Virus record (IMG/VR): IMGVR_UViG_3300028549_001120 | Source: a virus | Direction: 5' to 3' (one strand) | Length of the DNA stretch: 64,000 bases | Shown here: positions 1 to 7,589 of the stretch, piece by piece | Layout: each line of letters starts with the position of its first letter | Numbering within the stretch: position 1 is the stretch's first letter | The notes under the pieces: model-generated | The model's input: the letters and a program-made list of their open reading frames with translations, nothing else | What the model was told of the DNA's origin: nothing | Database searches by the model: none | Made by a program: the position numbers and the translations under genes

Positions 1-256
1 CTTTGGAAGTTTCAATCATTAACTCCATTACTGTATCTTTTGCCCTAAGTTCTTTTTTGGCTTCAGTCAAAAAGTTTACTAAATTTACTTCTGAAGGAAT
101 GTATTTGAATTTTTTCACGTAAGTTTGAATTGCTGAAAATATAAATTTATGCTCCTGCAAATCAAATAAATTTGAATCTACTTCCTCTATGTAATTTCTC
201 GATTCCCTATTTTGAACGAAGTACCTTAGTAGGTTTTTTTGAAATTCTATTGTCAT
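1..256 (-). CDS. 5' part of a gene that runs off the left edge of the window; tentatively DnaB-type helicase N-terminal domain
   Basis: ATG at 256-254 and the frame stays open to base 1 (85 codons: MTIEFQKNLLRYFVQNRESRNYIEEVDSNLFDLQEHKFIFSAIQTYVKKF...). The F-x3-H-x-F-IF-x-AI pattern resembles DnaB N-terminal domains. Absent from the ORF track because there is no stop inside the window. Confidence 0.4.
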   Translation of the reverse strand, partial: MTIEFQKNLLRYFVQNRESRNYIEEVDSNLFDLQEHKFIFSAIQTYVKKFKYIPSEVNLVNFLTEAKKELRAKDTVMELMIETSK

Positions 257-298
257 ATTCTGTTCATAATTTGAAAGTTTGTGAGGGTAACTTATATA

Positions 299-324
299 AG
301 ACTATATACTATAGTATATAGTCT
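299..324. repeat. Perfect 26-bp palindrome AGACTATATAC-TATA-GTATATAGTCT
   Basis: Read directly: 11-bp arms around a TATA centre, with imperfect palindromic flanks (cttatata / atataatataag). Lies 43 nt upstream of the ATG at 256. Confidence 0.9.
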
Positions 325-445
325 ATATAATATAAGTTCCCTTCAATTTTTACTTCGTTTTCTTGATTTTTTAACTTCACTTTTAATTTTCTCCTTAAAC
401 TTCTCCAAATTTCTATTGATATTGCTTGAAAAAAGATATTGAATA

Positions 446-505
446 ACAATAGAAAAATATTTGCAAATATACAAAATATATTGTAAAACAATAGGAAAAT
501 ATTTG
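446..505. repeat. Two 18-nt direct repeats ACAATAG(A/G)AAAATATTTG spaced 42 nt apart (iteron-like)
   Basis: Copies at 446-463 and 488-505 differ at one base. Between them sits the inverted pair TACAA-AATATA-TTGTA. Confidence 0.8.
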
Positions 506-620
506 AATAAAATCCATCCAATTTTATTGATTTTTTAATGAATCTTAAATTGATTATGTTATTCGTTTGAAATTCCATTTGATATATGTTTATATGGTTT
601 TTAAATTAAAATCGAATTAA

Positions 621-647
621 AATAGAAAAGAGAGCGAATTAGCTCCC
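621..647 (-). terminator. Rho-independent terminator candidate after the DUF932 gene
   Basis: Minus strand reads GGGAGC-TAATTC-GCTCTC (one G-U pair) followed by TTTTCTATTTT. It starts 18 nt after the stop at 665. Confidence 0.6.
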
Positions 648-664
648 TTTTCTATCTATTTTGA

Positions 665-1531
665 TTATACCAACTCTGTTAAGAATTCGTATGCTCTTTT
701 ATTTATTCTTGCTCCTGTTCCTAACATTAGTTTTTGAACCTCTGCATTTTCTCTATCTGCAAAACTATCTTTATGATTCGTCCAGTAGGTAACTCCATTG
801 AAAAGTCCCCAAACTGTTTTACCTTTTTGGTTGATCTCGGAGTGAATGGTTTCCTCTATCTCACGTGCTTTGTTAATTGAACGTGTAGAAAATCCTTCAG
901 TCAATTGAATTTCTGGTAATAATAAATCTACTCCGGAAATTTCATTGATTAGGTTTTTGATTTGTTTGTCACTTACCTTAATTTCTGCCCATTTTTGGAA
1001 ATTTTCATACATTTCAATTTCCTCAATTCTTTTTAACTCTAATTCCATTAATGCTGAATCTACTCTATTTCTGTAGGTTTTAGTGTGACGGAATTTCATT
1101 TGTGCTTCTTTGTAGAATTTGAAAAATTGATTCTGGCAACTCCAAACTTTATTAGAGGCTCCAAATGCTAATGAAGTAGTTCCATCGTGAGAATTGATTG
1201 CAAATACGTATCTAGATACTGTATCATTTCCGATTGTGATATTTCCATCCAAATCTTCCATTTGTACAAATATCTTTTTACCTCCATCGATTGCGCCTCC
1301 TTTTACAATTTTAAGATTTGCACCTTTAGCGATTTCTTGTAAAAATCCTACGGTTTCTGAATTTTGAACTGGTTCGTAAGTTTTTTTACAAGTTGATAAA
1401 ATGCTTTGATTGTCACTTCTTAAGATTCCAAAGAAGTCTGAATCAATATATTTACCTTCTGTAGTTTTACCTGCCATTGGGATTTTATTTACTTCCCAAT
1501 TAAGTCCGATTTGATTTAAAATTTGTTCCAT
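665..1531 (-). CDS. DUF932-type phage/plasmid protein
   Basis: Track ORF 665..1600 trimmed to the ATG at 1531 because the conserved promoter cassette (1560-1591) lies inside the longer ORF. Motifs GLNWEV, YEPVQN and NSHDGTTSLAFG are typical of DUF932. Confidence 0.65.
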   Translation of the reverse strand: MEQILNQIGLNWEVNKIPMAGKTTEGKYIDSDFFGILRSDNQSILSTCKKTYEPVQNSETVGFLQEIAKGANLKIVKGGAIDGGKKIFVQMEDLDGNITIGNDTVSRYVFAINSHDGTTSLAFGASNKVWSCQNQFFKFYKEAQMKFRHTKTYRNRVDSALMELELKRIEEIEMYENFQKWAEIKVSDKQIKNLINEISGVDLLLPEIQLTEGFSTRSINKAREIEETIHSEINQKGKTVWGLFNGVTYWTNHKDSFADRENAEVQKLMLGTGARINKRAYEFLTELV

Positions 1532-1559
1532 TTTTAATATTTTTAATTGTTTAACGGAG

Positions 1560-1591
1560 CAAATGTAGAGCTTTTTATTTAGATAAAAAAA
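1560..1591 (-). promoter_or_regulatory. Early-type promoter cassette (TTTTTTATCTAAATAAAAAG ... TACATTTG)
   Basis: Minus strand shows the A/T block TTTTTTTATCTAAATAAAAAG, then -7 box TACATTTG (TAnnTTTG), then leader CTCCGTTAAACAAT. Same architecture as 10 other sites. Confidence 0.65.
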
Positions 1592-1598
1592 TTTTTCC

Positions 1599-1623
1599 AA
1601 AAAAAGTGTTGTTTTTCAACAAC
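1599..1623 (-). terminator. Rho-independent terminator candidate after the lysis cassette
   Basis: Minus strand: GTTGTT-GAAA-AACAAC, then ACTTTTTTT. Lies just after the stop at 1639. Confidence 0.55.
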
Positions 1624-1638
1624 TTTAACGGTTTTACT

Positions 1639-2097
1639 CTATTTAGCAATTAAAAATATTCCAAGAACTCCACTTAAAACAATTGTAGTAGTTCTCCAGA
1701 AACGCTTAGTACGATTAGTTTTCAACAAAGAATTCTCTAATTTTAATATTTTGTCGTCTTGAATCTTAAAATCTTCCTCTAATTTTAAAATAAATTTAGA
1801 ATTTTCTGAATCCTTCAATTTTAGTTTTTCTATTACTAATTTATTTTGACTTTCTATTAGATTGTAGGTAGAATCAATTTTAATATTAAATTTCTTTATG
1901 CTATCTATTCTAGTAGTAAGCTCTTCAATTTTAAATCTTTGTTGGATTTCTGATTCCTGAGTTTGAACCCAAAGTTTTTGTCCAGTTATAAATTTCTGTC
2001 CTATTTTTAAGGTATCGGATTGATTTATTATAATTGGCTTTATTTGTCCGTATACCAACGAACTTATAAAAAATAATATAATACTAATTGCTTTCAT
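1639..2097 (-). CDS. Secreted or membrane-anchored coiled-coil protein of the lysis cassette (spanin-like candidate)
   Basis: N-terminal hydrophobic signal-like segment (ISIILFFISSLVYG), K/E/L-rich middle, C-terminal TM (TTTIVLSGVLGIFLIA). Overlaps the upstream gene. Confidence 0.45.
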   Translation of the reverse strand: MKAISIILFFISSLVYGQIKPIIINQSDTLKIGQKFITGQKLWVQTQESEIQQRFKIEELTTRIDSIKKFNIKIDSTYNLIESQNKLVIEKLKLKDSENSKFILKLEEDFKIQDDKILKLENSLLKTNRTKRFWRTTTIVLSGVLGIFLIAK

Positions 2098-2428
2098 TTT
2101 GCATTTGTTTTAATATCCTAATTCGAGTTGTATCATCCATCTTTAATGGCTTGTAATATAAATCTCTTTCGAGTTTCAATTTCTTTAAGGATTTTTCTAA
2201 ATAAACTTTCTTTAGAACCTCTTTTTCAATTATTGAATCCCTATAAATTTGCTTTTTCTTGAAAGAGTCAATTTCCTTGTAGACTGGATTTTCTTTCTTT
2301 TGATTTTCATATTTTAGTTTTTCTATCCTATTCCTTTGAAAATAAATCCAAAAAGCCATTATAACAAAAATTGCTATAATGGCATAAATAGAATAGGTTT
2401 TAAGCTTCGTTTTGAGAGACTGTTCCAT
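2084..2428 (-). CDS. Single-pass membrane protein of the lysis cassette (holin/spanin-type candidate)
   Basis: One N-terminal TM (YSIYAIIAIFVIMAFWIYF) followed by a charged tail. Overlaps the endolysin gene by 29 nt. Confidence 0.45.
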   Translation of the reverse strand: MEQSLKTKLKTYSIYAIIAIFVIMAFWIYFQRNRIEKLKYENQKKENPVYKEIDSFKKKQIYRDSIIEKEVLKKVYLEKSLKKLKLERDLYYKPLKMDDTTRIRILKQMQNESN

Positions 2429-2933
2429 CTGAATTTAATTTTATTACTCTTACATTAGAAGGTTGTTTGATTTGCCATTCGCATCTTCTGATTCCAATAC
2501 ATCTACTTTTTAAAATTCTGGTTGAATTTACCATATTAGATTGATTTCCCCCTAATACGTGATAGCAAGTAGAATCTTCCCCTACATAAATACCAACGTG
2601 TCCTCCGCCACCGGGTCTAGTAAATATTAAAATATCCCCTAGCATTGCTGTCGTTTGTTTTGTACCAAAATTATTCCAATTTTTTGCCCAAAGGGGATTT
2701 TCAACTACAGAATATCCGGCTCTTTTTACTACAATAGCAACAAACAATCCGCACCAAGCTATTTCGTCTGCCGTATAAGTTTTTTCTAATCCTAATTCTT
2801 TTGCCCACCCTAAAATCTCTTTAGAATGTTGTTTTCCTACAATTTCTTTAGTTCCATAAAGTTTTACTGCTTCAGTAATTATTTTAGGTCCTTTTTCATT
2901 TTGTAGAAATTGATATTGTTTTTGGTGAATCAT
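2400..2933 (-). CDS. Endolysin, NlpC/P60-CHAP-like cell-wall hydrolase (TIGR02594-type)
   Basis: Papain-like Cys/His motifs EIAWCGLFVA, GGGHVGIYVG and VLGGNQSN. Followed by small membrane proteins. Confidence 0.7.
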   Translation of the reverse strand: MIHQKQYQFLQNEKGPKIITEAVKLYGTKEIVGKQHSKEILGWAKELGLEKTYTADEIAWCGLFVAIVVKRAGYSVVENPLWAKNWNNFGTKQTTAMLGDILIFTRPGGGGHVGIYVGEDSTCYHVLGGNQSNMVNSTRILKSRCIGIRRCEWQIKQPSNVRVIKLNSDGTVSQNEA

Positions 2934-2943
2934 ATTTATAATT

Positions 2944-5697
2944 TTAATGGTGTCCCATAGTAATTTGTCTAGTTCCTAAAACATTATTATTTATATCATA
3001 GGCTATAAAAGTAATTCCGCAAGTTTTAGTTGGAGGAATATTATTCAAATCAATCCAAATCATTACATTACTAGAACCTGAATTAAATACTGTGGTAATA
3101 TCTCTTTCTACCCCAACTGCCGGTGAATAATATTGCAATTGATTTGCTCCCGGAGCTGCCCCAGCTACTTTAAAATAAAAATCATTTACTTGTGAAGCTC
3201 CAGCTATATTATAATAGTCGGTTCTAGCTACCAATCTATGAACTGCTGCTATAGGAGTTATACTTAATTGTGCAAAAGTATTAAACATTCCAGAACCCCC
3301 AGAAATAATAGTCATAGTCATATTTGCAGAAGGTACATTAGTTGCTGTAAGTCCAAATTGTAGTGAATTGCTCCAATCTGAAATTCCCCCAAAATTGTCT
3401 TTTACTCTTACTCTAAATTCATAAGTTCCAGAACCCCCCATTCCACTTACATTAGGGGGAGAATCTGCAGTTAATGGTAAGCTTGGAATATTTTTTATCG
3501 GATTCGGTGTATTTGGAAAGGTAGAGGAATTTGTATCAATATCGTACCAACCGAATCCATCCCCACTTACTTTTCTCCATTGCCAATGGTAACCTATAAT
3601 TGTACCATCAGCATCAGAACTGAATCCTCCTTGTAACGCTATTGGAAATACCGGATTCGTAAAAGCATTTACAGTATCAGTCTTAGGAGTATCTGTATTG
3701 TCCAGTGCCCATTTAGCAATAGCCGTAGGAAGTAAATTTGAAATTTCAGCAATATTAAATGTAACCTCATCATAAGCAGTATCTCCATTTGAATTTTCCC
3801 CATTTAGCCTTAGTACATAGATTCCAAAAACATCTGTAATAAAGAAAGTGTTTTCAGAATTAATATCATCAATAGTTGGATTAGAACCTGAAGGAGAAGA
3901 TATAAATTCCCACTCTGTATTTGTTACAGTTGCTCCAATACTTTCAACCAATCCATTTAGATTAAATTGTCTATAGGTAATTTGACTTGTTGGACTTCCT
4001 GTTGCATTCCAAATATATCCAACAGCTCTATTTGTTAAGTCTACTTGAATCGTGTTACTTTCTAAAACTAATCCAAGAACTTCACAAACTACTTTTATAT
4101 AATAAAATCCATCCATTCCAGGAGGGGGAGTAGTCATAGTATCAGGAATGTAACCGGCAACCCCTAAAGAAGGGTAGCTATCGAAACGCTTCCAATCATT
4201 CCAAGTATTTCCTGCTTGTGAATTTACTCTTTTTGCATACATTTTGAAGGTTCCGAGATTATTACCTAGTCCTAAAGTTATATTAGCTTGTAATAGTGGA
4301 AGTGAAGAGGGATATACTCCCTGTGGTCCACTACTTCCGGGTGGTAAAACTCTTTCAATGCTATTTAAAACTGGAGTTCCCCATCTTAAAAGTCTATGTG
4401 ATTCACTTACGTCTACTCCTGCATTCACATTTAAAATTGAAGGGGGTTGAACAATATCTGCTTTCACCCAGAAAACAATCCAACCTCTATTTGGCAGAGT
4501 ACTAGAATTATAATCTGTATAAGTTCCTGCACCCATATCAATAGTGATATTAGAACCATCAATAGAAATATTAGGAAGATTTCCATTTGCATTGTTATCT
4601 CTTCGTGTATTGCTATCATCAATAAAAATACATTCAGAGGCTACGACTTTTGGCCACCAATCATAAGTATGTGGAATTATGATAGTTAAATTTGAATCCA
4701 AATCCCAACTACCGATTTCTACAATTTGTTGATTTAATCCTAAAAATTGTTTTAGTTTAAAAGGAGTAACTATTGTAGAATCATCTGTACCAGCATCAAT
4801 TTCTGCTTGTGTAGCAATCCTTGCAATCCCAGTTCTTGATTCAGTAGCTGTACGATTATGGAGGGTTTTCGGAGTGATAAATTTACCATCTTCTGTACCT
4901 AAATTTACTTCAGCTTGACTAGCTGTTCTGTTTTCAATTTTCTTTTGAAGCTTTAAAGGAGTAATTGCTCTTTGGTCGTCTACTCCGTCTAAGGTTTCAG
5001 TTAAATCTGCAATTTCAATTACTCCTCTATTAGTTTCTGTTGCTGGGGGAGTATTTGTTGCAATTGCCCAATCTACATAATATTTAGTAGCTGCATCTTG
5101 AGACTGGGTAGGATTCTGAAGATTTATAATTTTATTGCCTTCTGCACTTAAATCAGTAATAAAGAATCCATTTTCTTTTTCAATAAAATCGTGATTATTT
5201 GCAAACGTGGGAGCTTTATACTTCGTAAAAATTGCACCATTAGAAAGATTATTACAATTGTCTGGCAGATATAATTCCCCAATCGGAATTTGAATTGAAG
5301 GATTAGTCAAATCCGGGACTACTCCTATTGCTGTACCCTCAATTATTTTATAAATTCCAGGAATTCCCCCTTGAAGCTCTTTATATTCGTGTTCAAATAC
5401 GATTAAATCGATTCTTGAAGTTGTACTTGGAACTACTGTAAGTTCAATTTGTGCATCTTCTTGAACTACCACTCCTTGCTTAGTTACCAATACTCCAAAA
5501 TTAGAACTGAAAGTTTTATCGATTTTAGTTCTAATTGCTCCAGTAGTGGTATGTTGCAATAATAATTGTAGATTGTTAAAGTATGGGTCGAATCCCCTAT
5601 AAACCCCAGCATCTATCAATCCTATGTGCCAACGGGAAAGGTCGAACGTGCTATCTTCGTCCAACCAATTCCAAAATCTTTTTTGTGTTGTACTCAT
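2944..5697 (-). CDS. Tail fibre protein
   Basis: 917 aa. Carries the motif GNKIINLQNPTQSQDAATKYYVD and three tandem ~30-aa repeats ending ITP-x-x-L, as in many phage tail fibres. Lies downstream of the baseplate genes. Confidence 0.8.
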   Translation of the reverse strand: MSTTQKRFWNWLDEDSTFDLSRWHIGLIDAGVYRGFDPYFNNLQLLLQHTTTGAIRTKIDKTFSSNFGVLVTKQGVVVQEDAQIELTVVPSTTSRIDLIVFEHEYKELQGGIPGIYKIIEGTAIGVVPDLTNPSIQIPIGELYLPDNCNNLSNGAIFTKYKAPTFANNHDFIEKENGFFITDLSAEGNKIINLQNPTQSQDAATKYYVDWAIATNTPPATETNRGVIEIADLTETLDGVDDQRAITPLKLQKKIENRTASQAEVNLGTEDGKFITPKTLHNRTATESRTGIARIATQAEIDAGTDDSTIVTPFKLKQFLGLNQQIVEIGSWDLDSNLTIIIPHTYDWWPKVVASECIFIDDSNTRRDNNANGNLPNISIDGSNITIDMGAGTYTDYNSSTLPNRGWIVFWVKADIVQPPSILNVNAGVDVSESHRLLRWGTPVLNSIERVLPPGSSGPQGVYPSSLPLLQANITLGLGNNLGTFKMYAKRVNSQAGNTWNDWKRFDSYPSLGVAGYIPDTMTTPPPGMDGFYYIKVVCEVLGLVLESNTIQVDLTNRAVGYIWNATGSPTSQITYRQFNLNGLVESIGATVTNTEWEFISSPSGSNPTIDDINSENTFFITDVFGIYVLRLNGENSNGDTAYDEVTFNIAEISNLLPTAIAKWALDNTDTPKTDTVNAFTNPVFPIALQGGFSSDADGTIIGYHWQWRKVSGDGFGWYDIDTNSSTFPNTPNPIKNIPSLPLTADSPPNVSGMGGSGTYEFRVRVKDNFGGISDWSNSLQFGLTATNVPSANMTMTIISGGSGMFNTFAQLSITPIAAVHRLVARTDYYNIAGASQVNDFYFKVAGAAPGANQLQYYSPAVGVERDITTVFNSGSSNVMIWIDLNNIPPTKTCGITFIAYDINNNVLGTRQITMGHH

Positions 5698-6320
5698 TAC
5701 TCTTCTTTTTTAGGATTTTCTAATTCCTCATCATTTTCGCCTTCTACTATATTAAATGAATCATCTATCTTACTAATTGCTTTTCTTTGAATTGCTGAGA
5801 GTAATTTTTCCCAGAATCCAAAAATTGGGGGCTTGCTTCCAGAACGTTTTTCTAGATTTTCCCCTATTGAATGAAATTCAAATCCGCAGGCTATAACCCA
5901 AAACCAAGTTAAAGCCCAAATTCCTATTGATTGCATCCATTCAGCTTTCATTATCTCTGTAATTATTGAAAGTATCATCAGCATAAAAGTTACTAATAAT
6001 ATTCCCATAAATTTCCAAGTAGTTCTATATAATTTGTAAGACTTTATATAGGTCTTTTTCGGGTTTGCTGATTTACCATTTAGGTATTTAGCTGCTTGAA
6101 GTCCTGTAATTAAATCTAGAGACGAAAACAAAATAAATATAAAAATGAAACTTATTTCTATTAATACTGGCATATAAAGATTTTTTTTATCTACTCCGTC
6201 CGTAAAAATTCCTAAATAATATACAAATGTAGTAGCCGGCAAAATAGCCAATAATGAAAGTGCACCTTTCTTAAATGAAAGGATTTTTGCTACGAATCCT
6301 ATTGCAACTTTGAAAACCAT
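5697..6320 (-). CDS. Multi-pass membrane protein, holin-family-like (weak)
   Basis: About 4 hydrophobic segments. The DLITGLQAAKY motif is reminiscent of the phage_holin_4 family. Acidic C-terminal tail. TAATG overlap with the fibre gene. Confidence 0.4.
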   Translation of the reverse strand: MVFKVAIGFVAKILSFKKGALSLLAILPATTFVYYLGIFTDGVDKKNLYMPVLIEISFIFIFILFSSLDLITGLQAAKYLNGKSANPKKTYIKSYKLYRTTWKFMGILLVTFMLMILSIITEIMKAEWMQSIGIWALTWFWVIACGFEFHSIGENLEKRSGSKPPIFGFWEKLLSAIQRKAISKIDDSFNIVEGENDEELENPKKEE

Positions 6321-6757
6321 CTACATAATTTTAAAAAGGTTAATACTACAATCGAATTAAGCACTAATACATAAATCATACTTAAATAAGATATGATTTC
6401 TATATGAAATATAATTGCTAATACGTTAATCAAACATATAAGAAAATACAAATGGCTTATTATTTTTGAATATATACAAGCTTTATATCTATAGACTTTC
6501 AAAACAAAAAAGATTGAAAATAATAAAAGTGAAAGTTGTACAAATAAAGGGTACCAAAATATCAAATATTTATCTCCGTACGATTTGAATGTTGCAGGAT
6601 TAGAATCATCTGGAAAGAAAAAAGATACTAATTCTATAAGAGTTACCAAAAAGATTACTAGAGCCATCATAAAATCGAGGCATTTTTTATCATTTGAAAT
6701 GGTTTCTTTAAAACTTATTCGGGCTTTTTGTAAAACCTCATTTGGTATTCTAGGCAT
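6299..6757 (-). CDS. Integral membrane protein, unknown function
   Basis: 152 aa with 4 long hydrophobic stretches. Overlaps the downstream gene by 22 nt. Confidence 0.6.
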   Translation of the reverse strand: MPRIPNEVLQKARISFKETISNDKKCLDFMMALVIFLVTLIELVSFFFPDDSNPATFKSYGDKYLIFWYPLFVQLSLLLFSIFFVLKVYRYKACIYSKIISHLYFLICLINVLAIIFHIEIISYLSMIYVLVLNSIVVLTFLKLCRWFSKLQ

Positions 6758-6761
6758 AATA

Positions 6762-7589
6762 TTAGGGGATTAATTTATTTATAAGTTTAAATTTTTCTGG
6801 GTGCTCCATTTTCACAATAGATTCAATTCTAGTAAACCAATTGTCATCGTGTTTTGCTCCCCATATATGAATACATCCTAACTCATTCATTTTATCTATT
6901 ATGAAAGGTTCCGATAAATAATTAGGTTCTATATTCATTTGTGCTGCTACTGTTGCCGCTATATACTGTTCAAAAATTACACAATATAATCCAGCAACCC
7001 CAGTTTGGGTGATTAGCTCTTGATTATTATTAACTAATTCAAATGCTTGCTTACAATATTCTTTATTATATTCAAGATTATTACAAAGGTAAATTCCGCA
7101 ATTTAAAGCATAGGTAACATTTCCCCAACTATCTGGTAAAATTCCATTTTTACTTAAGTGTTCGTATTGTCCTCTGTAACTATTTTCGAACCAGTCTGCT
7201 GCTTCTTTATTCTGGAATAAGATTTCGGATTGTAAAAACTTTTCAGCTAATGGTTGAAATAAAATAAAATCGTTATCTATATGAACAAAAGGTTTATCTT
7301 GTAATTGATAGGCTTTAATTTTACCTAAAGCCCATAATTTTTTGTTATATCCCTTTTCATTCAATTCGTCCAAATCTGTCCTAATACTGGTAAACGGAAG
7401 TCCAAGTTCTTTGAATAATTCTGCAGATTTACTATCTGTAACTATTTCAACCTCTTCGAACCATTTAGCAGCTTGGGACACTGCAAGAACCCAACTATAT
7501 AAATGGAATTTTGGATTTTTCCAATTAGTTGCTGCAATTAGTGCATTTCCTGTAGTGTCCCAAAAACTAAATACTGCTTTTTTTATCAT
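6762..7589 (-). CDS. Hypothetical protein with a DxD-like motif (possible nucleotide-sugar transferase fold; weak)
   Basis: 275 aa, soluble. KPFVHIDNDFILF has a hydrophobic strand followed by D-x-D. No other motif recognised. Confidence 0.35.
   Translation of the reverse strand: MIKKAVFSFWDTTGNALIAATNWKNPKFHLYSWVLAVSQAAKWFEEVEIVTDSKSAELFKELGLPFTSIRTDLDELNEKGYNKKLWALGKIKAYQLQDKPFVHIDNDFILFQPLAEKFLQSEILFQNKEAADWFENSYRGQYEHLSKNGILPDSWGNVTYALNCGIYLCNNLEYNKEYCKQAFELVNNNQELITQTGVAGLYCVIFEQYIAATVAAQMNIEPNYLSEPFIIDKMNELGCIHIWGAKHDDNWFTRIESIVKMEHPEKFKLINKLIP

Noticed and set aside
309-578. 89-aa minus-strand ORF from the track
   Set aside because: Its sequence is low-complexity (NIFLLFYNIFCIFANIFLLLFNIFF) and is generated by the AT-rich direct repeats of the intergenic region. 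It has no promoter cassette and no coupling to neighbours. I treat the region as non-coding regulatory DNA.
583-597. Late-promoter-like core ATATGTTTATATGG in plus-strand orientation
   Set aside because: It matches only the ~12-nt A/T-rich core and lacks the flanking conserved bases. It would drive antisense transcription into a terminator and the DUF932 gene. A chance occurrence is plausible in DNA this AT-rich.
1532-1600. N-terminal extensions of track ORFs (665..1600, 34543..34929, 25229..26794, 45584..46147, 7589..8962)
   Set aside because: In 665..1600 and 34543..34929 the longer version would contain the conserved promoter cassette or its -7 box. In 25229..26794 it would start inside the late-type promoter motif (26774-26798). 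In 45584..46147 and 7589..8962 it would overlap the upstream gene by 58 or 71 nt. Internal Met codons give the usual 1-11-nt junctions.
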